A stretch of 64,000 nucleotides of DNA from Callorhinchus milii (Eukaryota). Positions 12,681 through 26,340 of the stretch are shown here, piece by piece (within the stretch, counting starts at the first letter, position 1; each line of letters starts with the position of its first letter). The translations under genes were made by a program, and so were the position numbers. The stretch covers positions 14,944,001 through 15,008,000 of the forward strand of contig NW_024704743.1 of the NCBI RefSeq assembly GCF_018977255.1. The letters run 5' to 3'. The notes under the pieces are model-generated. The model was not told the DNA's origin. It ran no database searches and saw only the letters and a list, made by a program, of their open reading frames with translations.

Positions 12681-12855
12681 TCAATCAGCTCATCTGATAC
12701 CAATTGCCAAGCGCTTCAAAATGTTATCCTATGTTATCCTATATGTGAAGGGAGAGAGGAGGGAGAAGAGATATAAGTCCAGTTTTTGTTGTTGATATGC
12801 ACATTGACTGGAGCGCTTGATGACTTTCGTGAGTCTCAACCCACTTTAAATATCA

Positions 12856-15145
12856 TTGAATCATAGAATTGTATACAGCACAGAAGGAGGCCATTCGACC
12901 CATTGTGTCTGTGCCGAATCTTTAAAAATCAAATCAATCCCACTTCCCCGTTCTCTCCCCATAGCCCTGCAAACTTGTCCTCCTCAAATAATTATTTACT
13001 TCTCTTTTAAAAGTTTTATCAAATCGGCTTCCACCACCCTTTCAGGTAATGCATTCCAGATCTGAATAACTCGCTGTGTGAAAAAATTTCTCCTCACTTC
13101 CCCTCTGTTTCTTTTAACAACTATTTTAAATCGGTGTCCTCGGGTTATCGAGCCACCCGCCAGTGGAAATAGTTTCTCCTTGTTCATCCTATCAAATCCC
13201 CTCATAATTTTGAAAACTTTTATTAAATCTCCTATTAACCTTCTCTGCTCCAAGGAGAATAATCCTAGCTTCTCTAGCCTCTCCTGATAACTTGAAGTCC
13301 CTCATTCCTGGTACCACCCTGGTCTATCTCCTTTGCACCCTCTCCAATGCCTTGACATCCTTCCTAAAGTGTGGTGCCCAGAACTGAACACGGTACTCGA
13401 GCTGAGGCCTAACCAGTGTTTTATAAAAGTTCATTATAATTTCCTGACTTTTGTATTCTATGCCCCTATTTATAAAGCCAGTATCCTGTATGCTTTTTTA
13501 ACAGCTTTATCTACCTGTCCTGCCACCTTCAACAATTTACTTATATGAACCTCCAGGTCTCTCTGTTCCTTCACCCCCTTTAAAATTCTACCATCAGCTT
13601 ATATTGCCTCTCCTCATTCTTCCTCCCAAAATGTATCACTTTGCATTTATCCACATTAAACTTCATCTGCCACGTGTCTGCCCATTTTCCTAGTCTGTCT
13701 ATGTCCTCTTGCAGTCTGAAACTATCTTCCTCACCCTTTACTACTCTTCCTGGCTTAGTATCATTTGCAAACTTGGAAATTGTACTCCCTATACCCAAGT
13801 CCAGGTCATTTATATAGATCAAAAAGAGCAGTGGTCCCAATACCCAGCCCTGGGAGACACCACTGCACACTTCCCGTCAATCAGAAAAACATCCATTCAC
13901 CACCATTCTCTGCTTTCTGTCTCCCAGGCAGTTCTGTATCTATGCTGTCACTGTCCCTTTAATACCGTGGGCTTCTATTTTGCTTATGTGGCACTTTATC
14001 AAACGCCTTTTCAAAATCCATATGAACTACATCAACTGCTCTACCTTCGTCCACCCTCTCCATCACTCCATCCAAAAACTCTTATCAGGTTTGTTAGACA
14101 CGATTTGCCTTTAACAAATCTGTGTTGGCTGGCCTTTATTAACCCATATTTTTCTAAGTGAAAATTTATTTTAACCTGGATAGAAGTTTCCCCACTACTG
14201 ACATTAGGCTGACTGACCTGTAGTTCCCGAGTTTATCCTTCTGCCCCTTTTTGTACAGAGGAGTAATACTTGCAATCCTCCTCTCCCAACAACCTTTTTA
14301 AAACCTCCTCTCTGTTTATGCTCATTTTATTCAATTTCACTACCCTCTTCTCTGATACTGTGGCATTGGCTGCATCCTCTTCTTTTGTGAATACAGATGC
14401 AATGTACTCATTCAGTATGTAAGCCATGCCCTCTGCCTCCACAAGATTTCAACAACAACAACTTGGATTTATAAAGCCCTCTCCACGCCAGACGGCGTCT
14501 CAGAGCGCTTCACAGTAACGGATCCCGGGGCCGAGCCAGGGGGAGGGGGAGGGGGAAGGGGAGGAAGATGACCAAAGGTGCGGTCGAAAAGAAAGGTCTT
14601 CAGTCGAGACCTGAAAGTGGGAAGAGAGGGGGCGAGGCGAAGGGAGTGAGGAAGGGAGTTCCAGAGCCTCGGAGTACAGTGGCTGATGGCACGGCCGCCG
14701 ATGATGGAGATGAGGACTCACGAGACAAGGAGGAGGCAAGACCCGGTGGAGTGAAGGCAGCGAGCACTGTTGTGAGGAGAGAGGAGGTCAGAGAGGTGGG
14801 GGGGGGTGCAGAGGATTGGAAGGATTTGAAGACAAGGGTGAGGATCTTGAAGTCGAGTCATGCCTGGATGTGGAGTAGAAAGGACAATTGACGGTCAAAC
14901 AAGGTGCCATTTCCCCTTTGGTCCCTAATTGGCCCCACCTTACCTTTGACTAACCTTTTATTCTTTATATGCTTAAGAATTTCCTTAGGGTTCCCTTTTA
15001 TAAAATATTAATCATTTCTCATACAATCTCTTTGCCCCTCTTATTTCTTTTTTCAGTTCTCCTCCGTACTTTCTATATTCTATTTGATTATCTTCTGTAT
15101 TTTAGACCTGACATTTATCTTAAGCCTCATTTTACTGTTTTATTT
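12856..15145 (-). mobile_element. CR1 LINE (RT and 3' UTR), interrupted by L2
   Basis: SGVSQGWVLGPLLFLIYINDLD...KFANDTK...WQMKFNVDKCKVIHFG; RRNFFTQRVIQIWNALP; 3' end at ~12856. Confidence 0.93.
14451..14865 (-). mobile_element. L2 family B 3' fragment inserted in CR1, TSD ATTTC
   Basis: (CAA)n tail with ACGCC/GGCGT hairpin; closely similar to 32297-32700. Confidence 0.88.
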
Positions 15146-15515
15146 CACATTGGAAAGACATCCCAAGTCACTGGACAATCAGGGATTTGGTCCCGAGCTG
15201 GTGGTCGGGATCGGGGAAGGTGGAGAGCAGGGAGGGTAGGAGAGTTCTGGATGATCTGCAGCTTGTGGAGGGAAGAGTTGGGAAGGCTGACAAGCACGAG
15301 TTGGCCTAGATGTGATGAATGGGTGGTTGAGGGTTTTGGTGGCCTGAGGGTTGAGGCAGTGGCGGAGCCAGGCGATGTTATAGAGGTGGGGGAAGGCAGA
15401 GTGGGTCATGGCACAGATGTGGGGTGGAAAGGACAATTGATGGTCAAACAAGATGCCAAGGTTTCAGACTGGCTCAGTGAGGTGGAGTGTCCATCCTTGG
15501 ATAGCGAGCTGAGAC
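15146..15515 (-). mobile_element. L2 fragment with internal deletion
   Basis: FDHQLSFPPHI...NIAWLRHCLNPQATKTL motif. Confidence 0.8.
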
Positions 15516-15517
15516 CT

Positions 15518-15608
15518 GTGGAGTAAGTAAAATTGACTAATGTTTCGCCCTGCTCGGGAATCGAACCCTCTCACTTTGCAAGCACCCTAACCACTACACT
15601 GCAGGACT
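15518..15608 (-). mobile_element. SINE head fragment
   Basis: Similar to tRNA head of the other SINE copies. Confidence 0.65.
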
Positions 15609-17479
15609 GTAATACTGTACATGCAAAGGGCTGTTTTATTTAATCTCCATTCAGGAAAATACATTATGAACAGGAATCCAGAGGCTGTAAACTGCGATGA
15701 ATAACAAGTATCCTGAGACCTGTTCTGTACTAACTTTTACTGCAGTCAGGAGGAAGGAAGAGTTTTCAAACCAGCAGTTCACTAATGAATATTCAACTTG
15801 TGGACTTTGCCTTTGTACGGCTATTAATAGATCCACAAATTGATAAATTGATAAGGATCCATTATTCTTAAGTGATATATTGTTAAATATAATTTCCTGA
15901 ATTAACCTGATTTTTCCCCTCCTCGCCTTCCATGCCCCTATGTATTCCCCAGCAGAACTACATTATAATATTTGTTGATAAAATTGCCATGTACAAATTG
16001 GCTGCCACATTCACCGTAAAATACACTGTCACTACACTTCACAGCTCTATGATCATCCTCCTGACATGAAAGACCCTATATCAAATTTATTATTGTTGCT
16101 GGAAGAACCTGCAAACAGGCAGTTAAGCACATACAGTAGAAGATGAACAGGCTGATGGAGCACTATGGGGAAGCTGTCTGTTTCAATATCCCCTGCAATG
16201 TTAGTTTCACGACGTACCTAAGAACTACATTCATTGCAATAAATCATTGATAAATGTATCATATAAATATAGCAATAAAATGATCACCTTGTCAGGTATC
16301 TATTGCTGATTGTTCTTAACCTGCCAGGTAGGAGCAGGACCAGATCACTTCTAAATCAGATAGTATAAGTCAAGTGCTGTGTTGGTAACCAGTTTGCTCC
16401 TGACATTTTAAAATGTCATATCTACCTGAATTTAGAATTTTGTACCTCAGGTCTCCATTGCCCATTATTAACTGCACCTACAGGGATTAGATGCACCGCT
16501 GCAGACCCCTTTTGTAATCCCAGAACAGTTCTCGGTGCTGCAATTTCACTTCCATGGGCAGCAAAAGACAATGACCTTGAAAATCGTGGAAGGTCATATT
16601 CCACCATAAAAAGGATGATGATCTACAAAGATTAAGCAAGCATGACATATACAGGAGACGTAACCAGACGTTTATAAATCACCTCAGCTCAGAGTAGAAA
16701 GGTTATTAACCTTTTTTATTAAGGTTGTCACTGGGCATAAATGCCACTGCAGATGCTGCAAACGCTGAAATATTAATGTTTTTAAGGTATTTGAGAATCT
16801 TTAAGTGAGACTGGAAAAGACAATTGCTGTCCATCCACGGCTGGTCTCAAGTGTTTTATATCTTAATAATGCATAAATGACAACTGGGGAGTCTGTGGAT
16901 CAATTGAATGATTCCTAAATTTACCCCAGGTGTTATTTTGACAAGAGATCCAATTTACCCCTGAAATCCTGCTTTTGAATTGGAGATCAACAAATCACCT
17001 TGTTTAAAGTTAAGAGAGGTTGGTTTCTGTCCTCTGCCTTGTCCTGACTGAAGGATGCCTGTAGCTGTTAAAGTGTAGATTCTCTCAAACTGAAAGGATA
17101 CGATAATGTACAAGGACTACAGGTTTAGGGTCACAAGATGAAAATTTCTTAGTGCAACATATTATCACTAGCGGAAACTGATAATGAATGGGATCAAGAC
17201 AGTTGATAACAGTCACTATGGCAATGCAACCCCACACCCCCCCAATGGTATCCCAAACATGCCAGATTGCTGATTCACTTCATATTGTCTACTAATATCC
17301 TGATAACCAACACTCCAATCCAAGGGTCGGCAAGTCCAATGGCAGCCTGGGGCTCTCTTTGGGGCAAACTATTGTGTCAAAGCCGGGGATGGGTGAAAAA
17401 GAGGGGACACACACATGGCTAGTCTTCTTTTCACTAATGGTCACCGCAACATAAGGGGGGTTCCCAGACCCTGGAGGCA

Positions 17480-18230
17480 ATGCAGAGGAGAGGAGAGCGA
17501 TGAGGATGATCCCCAGTGTTAGAGGAATGAGCTGCAAGCAGTGGTTAGACAAGCTGGGGCTCTTCAGTCTTGAAAGAAGATGACTCAAAGGGGACCTCAT
17601 AGAGGTGTACATCATTTTAAATAGGATTGAAAAAGTAAACCCAGGTCAATAATAATAATAATAATAATAATCCTTGCATTTGATATAACGCTTTTCACAT
17701 CGGGAGGACTTCCCAAAGCGCTTCACAGAACACACTGTAAAGTGAATTGACTGTACATTTGTGGGCGAACGTGGCAGCCAATTGTGCACAGCAATGTCCC
17801 ACAAACAGTCGTAGATTGAAAAGGACCAATTTATTATTGTTTTTGGTTTTGGAGGTATTATTATTAGGTGTGTGGAGTAAGGAAACTTGCCCAAGGTTTC
17901 CCCCTGCCTGGAATTGAACTCAGGTCTCTCGCTTGCAAATCGAGTGCTCTAACCACTGAGCTACAGGACTCCACTCCATACTTTAGCATGTATCAATATT
18001 GTAAAACAAGAGGAAATAGATTCTGAGTTGTAATGGGAAATTTCAGGACAGATACCAGGAAGTTTTTCTTTATGCAGAGGATAATCAATGAGTAGAACAG
18101 GTTGCCAGGAAAGTTGGCAGAGGCCAGGACTCCCTGGACTGATTAAAAATCAGCTTGATGCAGGGGTGATGGGATTGTAAAATAGGTGTTCTGGAGGGAC
18201 GAGATCGGATGAGCCAAAATCCTCATTAAT
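17480..18230 (+). mobile_element. Old CR1 3' fragment interrupted by SINE
   Basis: KLGLFSLERR*LKGDLIEVY...RKFFFMQRII motifs. Confidence 0.8.
17648..17973 (-). mobile_element. Full-length SINE, short subfamily
   Basis: Near-identical to reverse complement of 58744-59068. Confidence 0.93.
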
Positions 18231-19384
18231 GGTGTACAAATCATCTGTGGTAATAATTACCAGACTGTACTTTTCACTTCATCCAATTCAGAAATCATAC
18301 ACAGAGCAGGCATTTGGTTCACCCTCGGTGCTCGGCCATCATTGGAGCTAATTACTCTAATCTCAATTTTCTGTTCTTTCCCTTCTTTTTCCAAATTGTG
18401 CCATGGAATCTTTAACATCCATCTAAATAAACAGTCTTTTTCCTTCATGTTTTGATTCTCTAAGAGTTAAAAGAACACAAGTATGTTGTCAGTTAGTATC
18501 AGGAATGAGCCTTGCAGATCACTATTGGCAATGGCAATGCTCTCCCACTGAATTTCCTTTGCACTGTGACCACTGTGACTTCCAATTCAGAGTGCAAGGA
18601 AGTGACAGTGATAAAAATTACTACTTGCATGGAGACAGATTGTTAATATATCCTATTTTTAGAACTTTTCTAGGGACTCAGCAAAGTACAGAATAAGTCC
18701 TGGCTCCTGTATCTGAATATTTTATGCAAATGTTGCAATTGAACAACAGCAATACAGTCAGTGCTCTGTATCCCCACATGGTTGGCATACATATTTTATT
18801 AACAAAAGCTGTCACTCACTGGAGAATCTGATCCCAGGAGAAGTTGCTCTCAGATCCCAGAAGCCACCAGTAATGAAGCTTTGGAGTCTATCATATACTA
18901 ATCAGTATATATAGCAATCTTATCCCTTTCATCTCAACCGTATATTTCCCACTATAAAGAAGCGATGAAATGATTGCCAGTTTTAGAGATCAGAGTTAGA
19001 TAGACTTTCCTATCACCAGATTCATCAGCTTCCAGCCTGGTAGACTGCATGACTACAAACAAATCAAACTACATTAAATACCACACGAGGAATCCCGCTA
19101 AAACAAAATTCTTAACTAAACTGCACTATATCTGTACAGTACACCAATCAACATGTGTACTGGGGAGGGTATTGAGGGAATATCTGGGTCTGGGACATGG
19201 AGTTTAAAGTGCAGTGTACAGAAATCCTCAACAATTACTCCAAGGAGTCAAATAAAAATATGTGACACCAATCAGTGGGAATAACGTAGAGCAGAGTTCT
19301 CATTGTACTTCCAGTTACCAGAACAAGCACATATTTGCAACACTGAGTTGTTAGTAAGGATTTCCATTAAGAAAGGTTACAGCA

Positions 19385-19800
19385 ATAATGATCTTTACAT
19401 TCTGTGCAGTCTTTCACGTCAGGAAGACACCTCAAAGCATCTTGCAGGATTTACTTTGTGTTTGAGGTGATTGTGACAGGCAATTTGACATAGCAATGTC
19501 CTACAAACAGCCAGTTAAAAATTACCGATTTTATTTGGAGAATTGTTGGTCAGGACACAGGAAGAAACTCACTTCGCATTTTGAATAATGCCAAAGGATC
19601 TTTAATGTCCACCTGAATAGGCACCTCTTCAGGCAGTTTAACGTTTAATCCAAATGTTGGTATCTCCAACAATGCAACAGACCATGAGCATTGCATTGGA
19701 GTGTCAGCATAGACAATGTGAGTTCACATCCAGGGTTGCGATTTGAACCCACCACCTTCTGACTCAGAGACAAGAGTACTATCACTGAGCCAGGTTGAAA
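19385..19800 (-). mobile_element. Old full-length Deu-domain SINE
   Basis: tRNA-like head (…TTCTGACTCAGAG…CACTGAGCCA), GGATCTTTAATGTCCACCTGAA Deu block, L2-type tail. Confidence 0.8.
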
Positions 19801-20419
19801 CATAAAGGTGGTACTAGCTGGACAACCAGTGGGAATCTTGTGAGAAGGAAATTCCTTTGGTTCCAAAGTCTTATTTGCCAATAATTACAATAAGAAAAGA
19901 CGTTCCAGTTATAAAGCACCTTTTGTGTGGGAGGCTTAATAGGCACAGTGAGAGAAAAACAAAGAATGAAACACCATCAGGCCTCTGCTTGTGCCAAGAA
20001 AGCACACATCTTGCTGCAGGGAACACTTCAGTCACATTTTCTTACTCCTCTTCTAGTTGTTCAATAAATGTCATTGCTACTAGCAACATATCAGTTCAAA
20101 CTGCTGGAACACTGGAGTTTAAATGATGTGTGCAGCCAGAGTTTCTCCTGTAGTAGGTAACTTACACATCAATATAGAGTTTTGGAGCAACAAAAGGTAT
20201 AGCCAAACAGCATGTCTCTTCTGCACTCTTGTTAGGCTGTTAGACAGTTTAACTTAAACCCAGTTACACTGTTTTGATTTTTTGAGAAATGCAGAAAACC
20301 AGCTTCCAAATTACAACTGAAGTTAAAAATTTAGCAGGTTCTTAGGTTCTAAGCTAAGAAAAATGGTGTGAGGCTAAAACTATGAGGGCAATAGTCAGAT
20401 GTAGTCCTGTAGGTATTAC

Positions 20420-20532
20420 TAATTGGCTGGCACTTTTCGCCCATAAAATATACAGTCGATCAACTTTACAATATATTCTGTGAAGCGCTTTGAGATGTCT
20501 CAACGACGTGATGAGGCGCTATATCAAATACA
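20420..20532 (+). mobile_element. SINE 3' tail fragment
   Basis: Matches 3' end of the long SINE subfamily. Confidence 0.8.
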
Positions 20533-20979
20533 ACACTGCCTACACAGTTCTTGTTGGGGGAGTTATCCAGCATCATATCAAGTGCTATTGTTAGGAATCT
20601 GTTCTAAGCATCCATTATTCTTGAGGGAAAACAATCTTTTAATGTCTAGCTCTGCTTGAGGGTTTTTTTTATTTGATGTTTACAGTCTGTGCACAGTAGT
20701 TCTTTTCTCATGTTGATTTATTTAGATTACATCCACATCAACTATGTTGCTCATCATTTTTAGAAGCCTAGGATTGCGTTCTTCCGTTTCTTTTCTAATG
20801 AAAACTATATCAGCTCAGCAAGGCTCCCCTCACAGAACCATAAAAATGTACAATAGCAGGCCTTTCAGTCCATATTTGTGTGGCTGTATTTGTTCCTCCA
20901 AGAAGCCATCCATCCGATCCCAATTCCCTGCTCTTTTATGAGTTTCTCCCATCTCCCAAGCTACAATTCCTCACAATAA

Positions 20980-21140
20980 AATTGGTCGTTAACTTCAAGG
21001 CTGTTTTTGGGACACTGCTGTGAGTAAATTGGCTGCCTCGTTTGCCTGCAAAATACACAGTCACTACACTTTATCCTATGAAGTGCTTTGAGACATTTCA
21101 ACAATGTGATAAGATGCTATATCTAAGGCAAAGATATTAT
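20980..21140 (+). mobile_element. Deu SINE 3' fragment
   Basis: GGGACACTGCTGTG...AATTGGCTGCC...GCTTTGAGAC tail. Confidence 0.75.
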
Positions 21141-21864
21141 TTCCCCCCCTGCACTCTTATATTCTATCCACTATTCTTAAGGAAAAAATAATTCTCCTAA
21201 TCTCAAAAATTTTGCATGTTTTAATTTCAAACCTCTGGCTGTGTATCAGCTTCTGGTGCTGATATCTCACTTAGTTATAGAGTTTGCTTTGTGTGGAAGC
21301 AAACCCACCTTGCACACAGAACGATGCAGACAAAGCAGTTTTAAATTTAGTTTGTTATTTTTTTTAACCAGCAGGTAGTAAAAAAAACACAGCATTGTCA
21401 CAGTATGCACTTGTATCTCTTTTCAATCCAATCCGAATCAACGTGGTAAATGATTCCGCATGAAATGGAAGGGCCAAAGGAAATAGAACTGAGGTCAACT
21501 CATTAGCTGCATTACCCGCAGAGAGATGTAAAATTTGTTCTCACGCATCTGCTCAAATCATAGCCTCCACCCAGTGACACCAGACTGCTCTGAGTGTCTG
21601 CAATTGGTGGCACCTCACCAGCACACTGGCACAGCACTGCTGTAAACTGAAGCACAGCTACAAGTAATCAAATCCTGGCATATAATGAGAACCGGCACTG
21701 CCCAGCAGTTGGGGACACATTATCTTAACAAGCAGCTTCAAGAAAGTTTTCAAGTGCAAGGCAAATGGGTATGCGGGCAATACGCAGCTTTTTAAATACC
21801 ACACCGCACTAACAAGCAGGCTTGAAATACACAAGAGCAAGAGCTCTGTGTCCCTACCCTATTC

Positions 21865-22168
21865 CAAGTGCAAAATGTTGGGCAAGTTTCCTTATTCCAC
21901 ATGCCTCTGTTTACCTAGCAGTAAATAGGAACCCGGTTGTTAGTCAATTGGCGAATCGCTTTTCCGGCAGTAATAATTCCTTCAAAAAAAATAATTGGTC
22001 ACTCAGTCCATGACTGTTTGTGGGACACTACTGTGCGTAACTGGCTGCCGCATTTCGCCCACAAAATATACAGTCAATTCACTTTACAGTATATTCTGCG
22101 AAGCGCTTTGAGAGATCTCGAAGATGCGATAAGGCACTATATCAAATGCAAGGATTATTATTATTATA
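21865..22168 (+). mobile_element. 5'-truncated SINE, long subfamily
   Basis: Matches 4910-5197. Confidence 0.88.
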
Positions 22169-22169
22169 A

Positions 22170-22415
22170 TCCACCATCAGCAGGCAGGCAGACTTTCAGC
22201 CATTCTGTTCCTGCTCTTTGGAACTCCTTCCTGGAGTCTCTCTGACTCTCTTTCACCCTCTGGTCAAGACTCATCTCAAGACCTTCCTCTTTGACTGGAC
22301 TTTTGGTCATCTTTCCCCAGCCCACCCACCACGGCTCCCACCCCAGCTCGGAAGCCCATTCAGCATTGTTAAGCGTATTTGAACAGTTCTCCCGATGTGA
22401 CAAGCACTGTTTCAA
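22170..22415 (+). mobile_element. L2 3' fragment
   Basis: AGRQTFSHSVPALWNSF motif and decayed tail. Confidence 0.75.
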
Positions 22416-24249
22416 TGATATAGCGAAGCATAGGTTTAAAACATCCTGAAAAAAGAATAAAACAGCAGCAGCCATTTCCTCAAACCCTATCAAGTTATTC
22501 CAGTTATAGGAATCAGATGTTTTTTTTTAAATCAACGTAACTTAAGAATTTGCTGGGAGAAAGAAGACTGAGATCCATTCAGTTCACCATCCTGGCAGTC
22601 GCATGACATGTTGTGTCCCAAACTATATATTGTATCCCAAAATATTATTTCCTAATGGAAATAAATCTAATTTGTTCTTGAAAGAATCGACATTTTCTAT
22701 AAAATATTAAATAGCATCCATTCCCATCTGGCTACTAAGCACCACCAGTTTCAAAAACAAGGCATGGTTTAGCGTGTAGGACTGGAGACCTTGTTCTGCG
22801 CTGCCCCACAGTGTGCACCAGTAGGAAGCATTCCTTTTCAACCTATCTGAGTGAGATTGTCATTTTTTGTGCTAATTAGGATCAAATGACATGACAGCTC
22901 CACACGTTTTGCTCTCCAGCCTATTTTCAGTGTTTGTCAGTTTTCAGCATTCACACTTAGTCGTTTTTTGAATCTCACAAATCAGAATTAGCATGTTGAA
23001 TCAGGCTGGTAATTTTTATTCAATCACAGTTTCCTGTGTAATATAATATCCTTCCACTCAGTTAAGGCAGATTTTTCTTGCATGTTTCCACTTGACACCG
23101 AAAGAGAGAGAACATCAATAAAGTACCTGCACACGTTCTAGAAATAAACAGTGCAGAGATCCCTTACCCCTGATGAACGATTCAGTACTATAATAAAACA
23201 TAATCCTTGCATTTTACACAATGTCTCTGATGTCAAAACATCTTAAAGTGCTTCATAAGTATTTGTCAAGTGACTAGCTGTAGCTCAGTGATTATATTTG
23301 CAGGCAAGCTAACACACAAAGAGTCCCTGCACACTCATTCTGTGCTATGCTTAGCTGGAGAGTCTGCTAAATACTTGAGGAGAGAATGTTGATGCATAGT
23401 GATAGCTTATATTAGTTTGTATCCAAAGTCCTGCTTCACTTGATATTTACTGTGTACCACTCATTATTTTATGCGAAATTGCAAAGGATGGTAAATGCTT
23501 CTGAATGTTTTGTATGTCCCTGTACAGCTTCAGCAGATGATATATTCATAGAGATGTAATTATTGGGACAGATTGTTTTAAAGACCATTCCCCTGATCCT
23601 CCGGAGAGCCACTGGTGTGTTGTGCTCCTAAACTCTTTATCAAATAATTGCTTTCATCTCTCAGATCTGACAGACAATCCCAACAAGAAAACAAAACAGC
23701 AGAAACACTTTCTGTGTTTGTTGGCCAACAAAGCCAAGGGGTCAATCAAAAGCAGCCTGTAAAATGCCTTCAAAAGAATTGAATGCTCACCAGTGAATGG
23801 TCTTCACTGCAGAATGCTTATTTGCCGATTCTGCACAACTGATTGCCGCTGCAGAATACTGAAACAGCAACACAAATACAACAGTACATGAAAAAGCGTG
23901 CAGTACAATGTGTCAGTTTGGAGTGCACAGTTGCCTCCTTTGATCAAGTTTTATGGTAATGGTGCCCCTCTTTCACAGAGCCAAAGAGCAACTTTTCAGC
24001 ATCCCAGTAAGAAATGAGGCTTTTAAATCACTGTGCAATAAAAGGTTTGTGTTCACACAAGCCTAAAATATTTTATATAATCGTGGAGTTTAGCTGCTGA
24101 TGAACATTCGGCTTTTACTGAGTCCTAGTAGTACGAAGGTTGAAAGAACAGTTGCAGAGATGTAAATAGAACCCAGAACAGCGGAGAATTTGGTCCTTTA
24201 AGTGTGATCTGACATTTAGCATTTTTATAGCTCCTTATATCAAAATGTT

Positions 24250-24420
24250 TTGCTTCCTCCCTCTCCTCTTTCAAGCCACACCTCAAAATATACCTCTTTG
24301 AGCACAATTTTGGTCTTCTTTCCCTTCTTCATTCCCCTCAGCTCCCACCCTCAGTTCCAGTGTTCAGCTAGAATTGTCAAACTCTTTGGTATGTCCTCCC
24401 GACATGAAAGGTTGTATTGT
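24250..24420 (+). mobile_element. L2 3' end fragment
   Basis: TTCAAGCCACACCTCAAA...GTCCTCCCGACATGAAAGG tail. Confidence 0.7.
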
Positions 24421-24744
24421 ATGAAGAACTGGTCAGTTCCTCTCTCAAATCCAATTGTGCCAGGTCCGCAACGCACTCACTTTACCGAGAATACCAAATT
24501 CTCAGGCATTTGCTTCTTCTAGGAAATCCCACTAAATTTCTAAATATTTACTCTTTACCAAATGTCCCCGCCTCCCCCCTTCTGTACAGAAATGTTTTCT
24601 GTTTCTTACTGAACAGAGCATAATAATCTCCTATATTCAGCCAGGCTCAGATCAAGAGTTCCCTGTTCAGATTATAGCCAGTATAAGCAACTTCCTTCTC
24701 TTCAAATGAATGCACCACCAGACTGCTTAACCACCAGCTTGTTT

Positions 24745-25170
24745 ATAATAATCCTTACAATTGGTAGAGCCCCATTCACGTCAAGAAGTCATGTCAAAGC
24801 ACGACACAGGATATACTCTAAGTTTAGTGACTGTTTATTTTGTGGGTGAATGCAGCACACAATTTGTGCACAGCAATGTCCCACAAACAGCCTTGAGGTG
24901 AATGACCAATTTTATCTGGGGGAATTTATCTGGAGGACCCCAGAAGAAACTTCTTTCTCATTTCGAATCATGTAATGGGATCTTTAATACATACCTGAAC
25001 AGGGTGATGGGACCTCAGTTTAACATCTCATCCGAAGCACGACAACTCCAACAATGCAGCAGACCTTTGGAGTGTTAGCATAGACTTATTTACAAGTTCC
25101 GATGTAGGACTTGAATTCACAACCTTTTGATTCATAGATGAGAGTGCTACCAACTGAGCCAAGCTGACAC
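24745..25170 (-). mobile_element. Old full-length Deu-domain SINE
   Basis: Homologous to 19385-19800 and 53312-53660. Confidence 0.85.
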
Positions 25171-25919
25171 ACAACAATTTAATAATCAAAGCTATGCAAT
25201 GCATTAAATAAATGCAACTATGTTTTACAATCTGCTCGTGTATAAAAGCAATCCAAGACATTATTTTGCATGAAGCACGCCACATTATTGTTATGAAGTT
25301 AAAACTGAGACCCAGTGAATAACCACAAAATAAGAAAAATCTCATAGACACCCAGAACTATTCATTCCTAACAAACTTTAGCACTAGATGTATCATAGCA
25401 ACCGCACGAGTCTATCTACATCATCAGAAAGTGTTGTGTGCTTCTCAGTCGCTGCAGATTGAAGTGTCTGTATTAAAAATGCAATTTTCGTTTAATGACA
25501 AAAATCTTGAAGTTTGTCAGCACTTTCATGGTGGAAATGGAGCATAGAGTGAGCAGGCGCTGAATACCATAAATATTTAGTATGCTTTTTCTTGTGTGGT
25601 TGGGTTACTCATTGCATATTTTGGATTTGATTTGTTCTGATCGCAAACCTGGGAGTGATTGAAAGCATTTGCAAAGGGCATTAACCACTGAGAGGCACCT
25701 CAAGGGCCACATCTTGTGCTGTGTGTAGAGAGACGAAGTAGAACAATCTCAAAGCATTGTTGCAAAGCCTGTTAAGAATCCTGCTGGATTTGTGTTATCA
25801 CAGAACAAAGACAGAAGTAAAAATAGCCATCTGGAACCTGCGGTGGACTCTAAAGATATTATTGTTCTGTAATATCAAGTGCATTTAAATTTCAGGCCTT
25901 AAAATGTGTTAGCAATATA

Positions 25920-26340
25920 TAATAATATCCATTCTTGAATTTGACCTGGTGCTTTATCACATAAGTGAAACATCTCAAAGCACTTCACAGGATTTTACTG
26001 TAATGCTTAGTAAATGTGTATTTGCTGGCAAGCATGGCAGCCAATCTCCACACAGCAATGTCTTACCAACAGCCCTGAAGTGAATGACCTCCTTAACCTC
26101 CCTGGCCCTTCTCTCAGACTTACTTGAACCTGTGCATAACCTGGTATCAGGTACAATTCCAGCTGTCCTTCCTATTCCACATCTGGTCTCTGATTATTTG
26201 CTCCACTTCCACTATATTGCCCATCTCTGACCATAGCTCACACCTAATGCAGCTGAAACCCTTATCCATTCATTAACTTCCACCTCGATAATGCCAATGC
26301 CGTCCTCGCCAGGCCTCCCAGCTCCATATGTATAACTTGA
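25920..26340. mobile_element. Deu SINE tail (-) followed by L2 RT fragment (+)
   Basis: Tail motif at 25920-26090; GCAGCTGAAACCCTTATCCAT (AAETLIH) near 26250. Confidence 0.65.
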
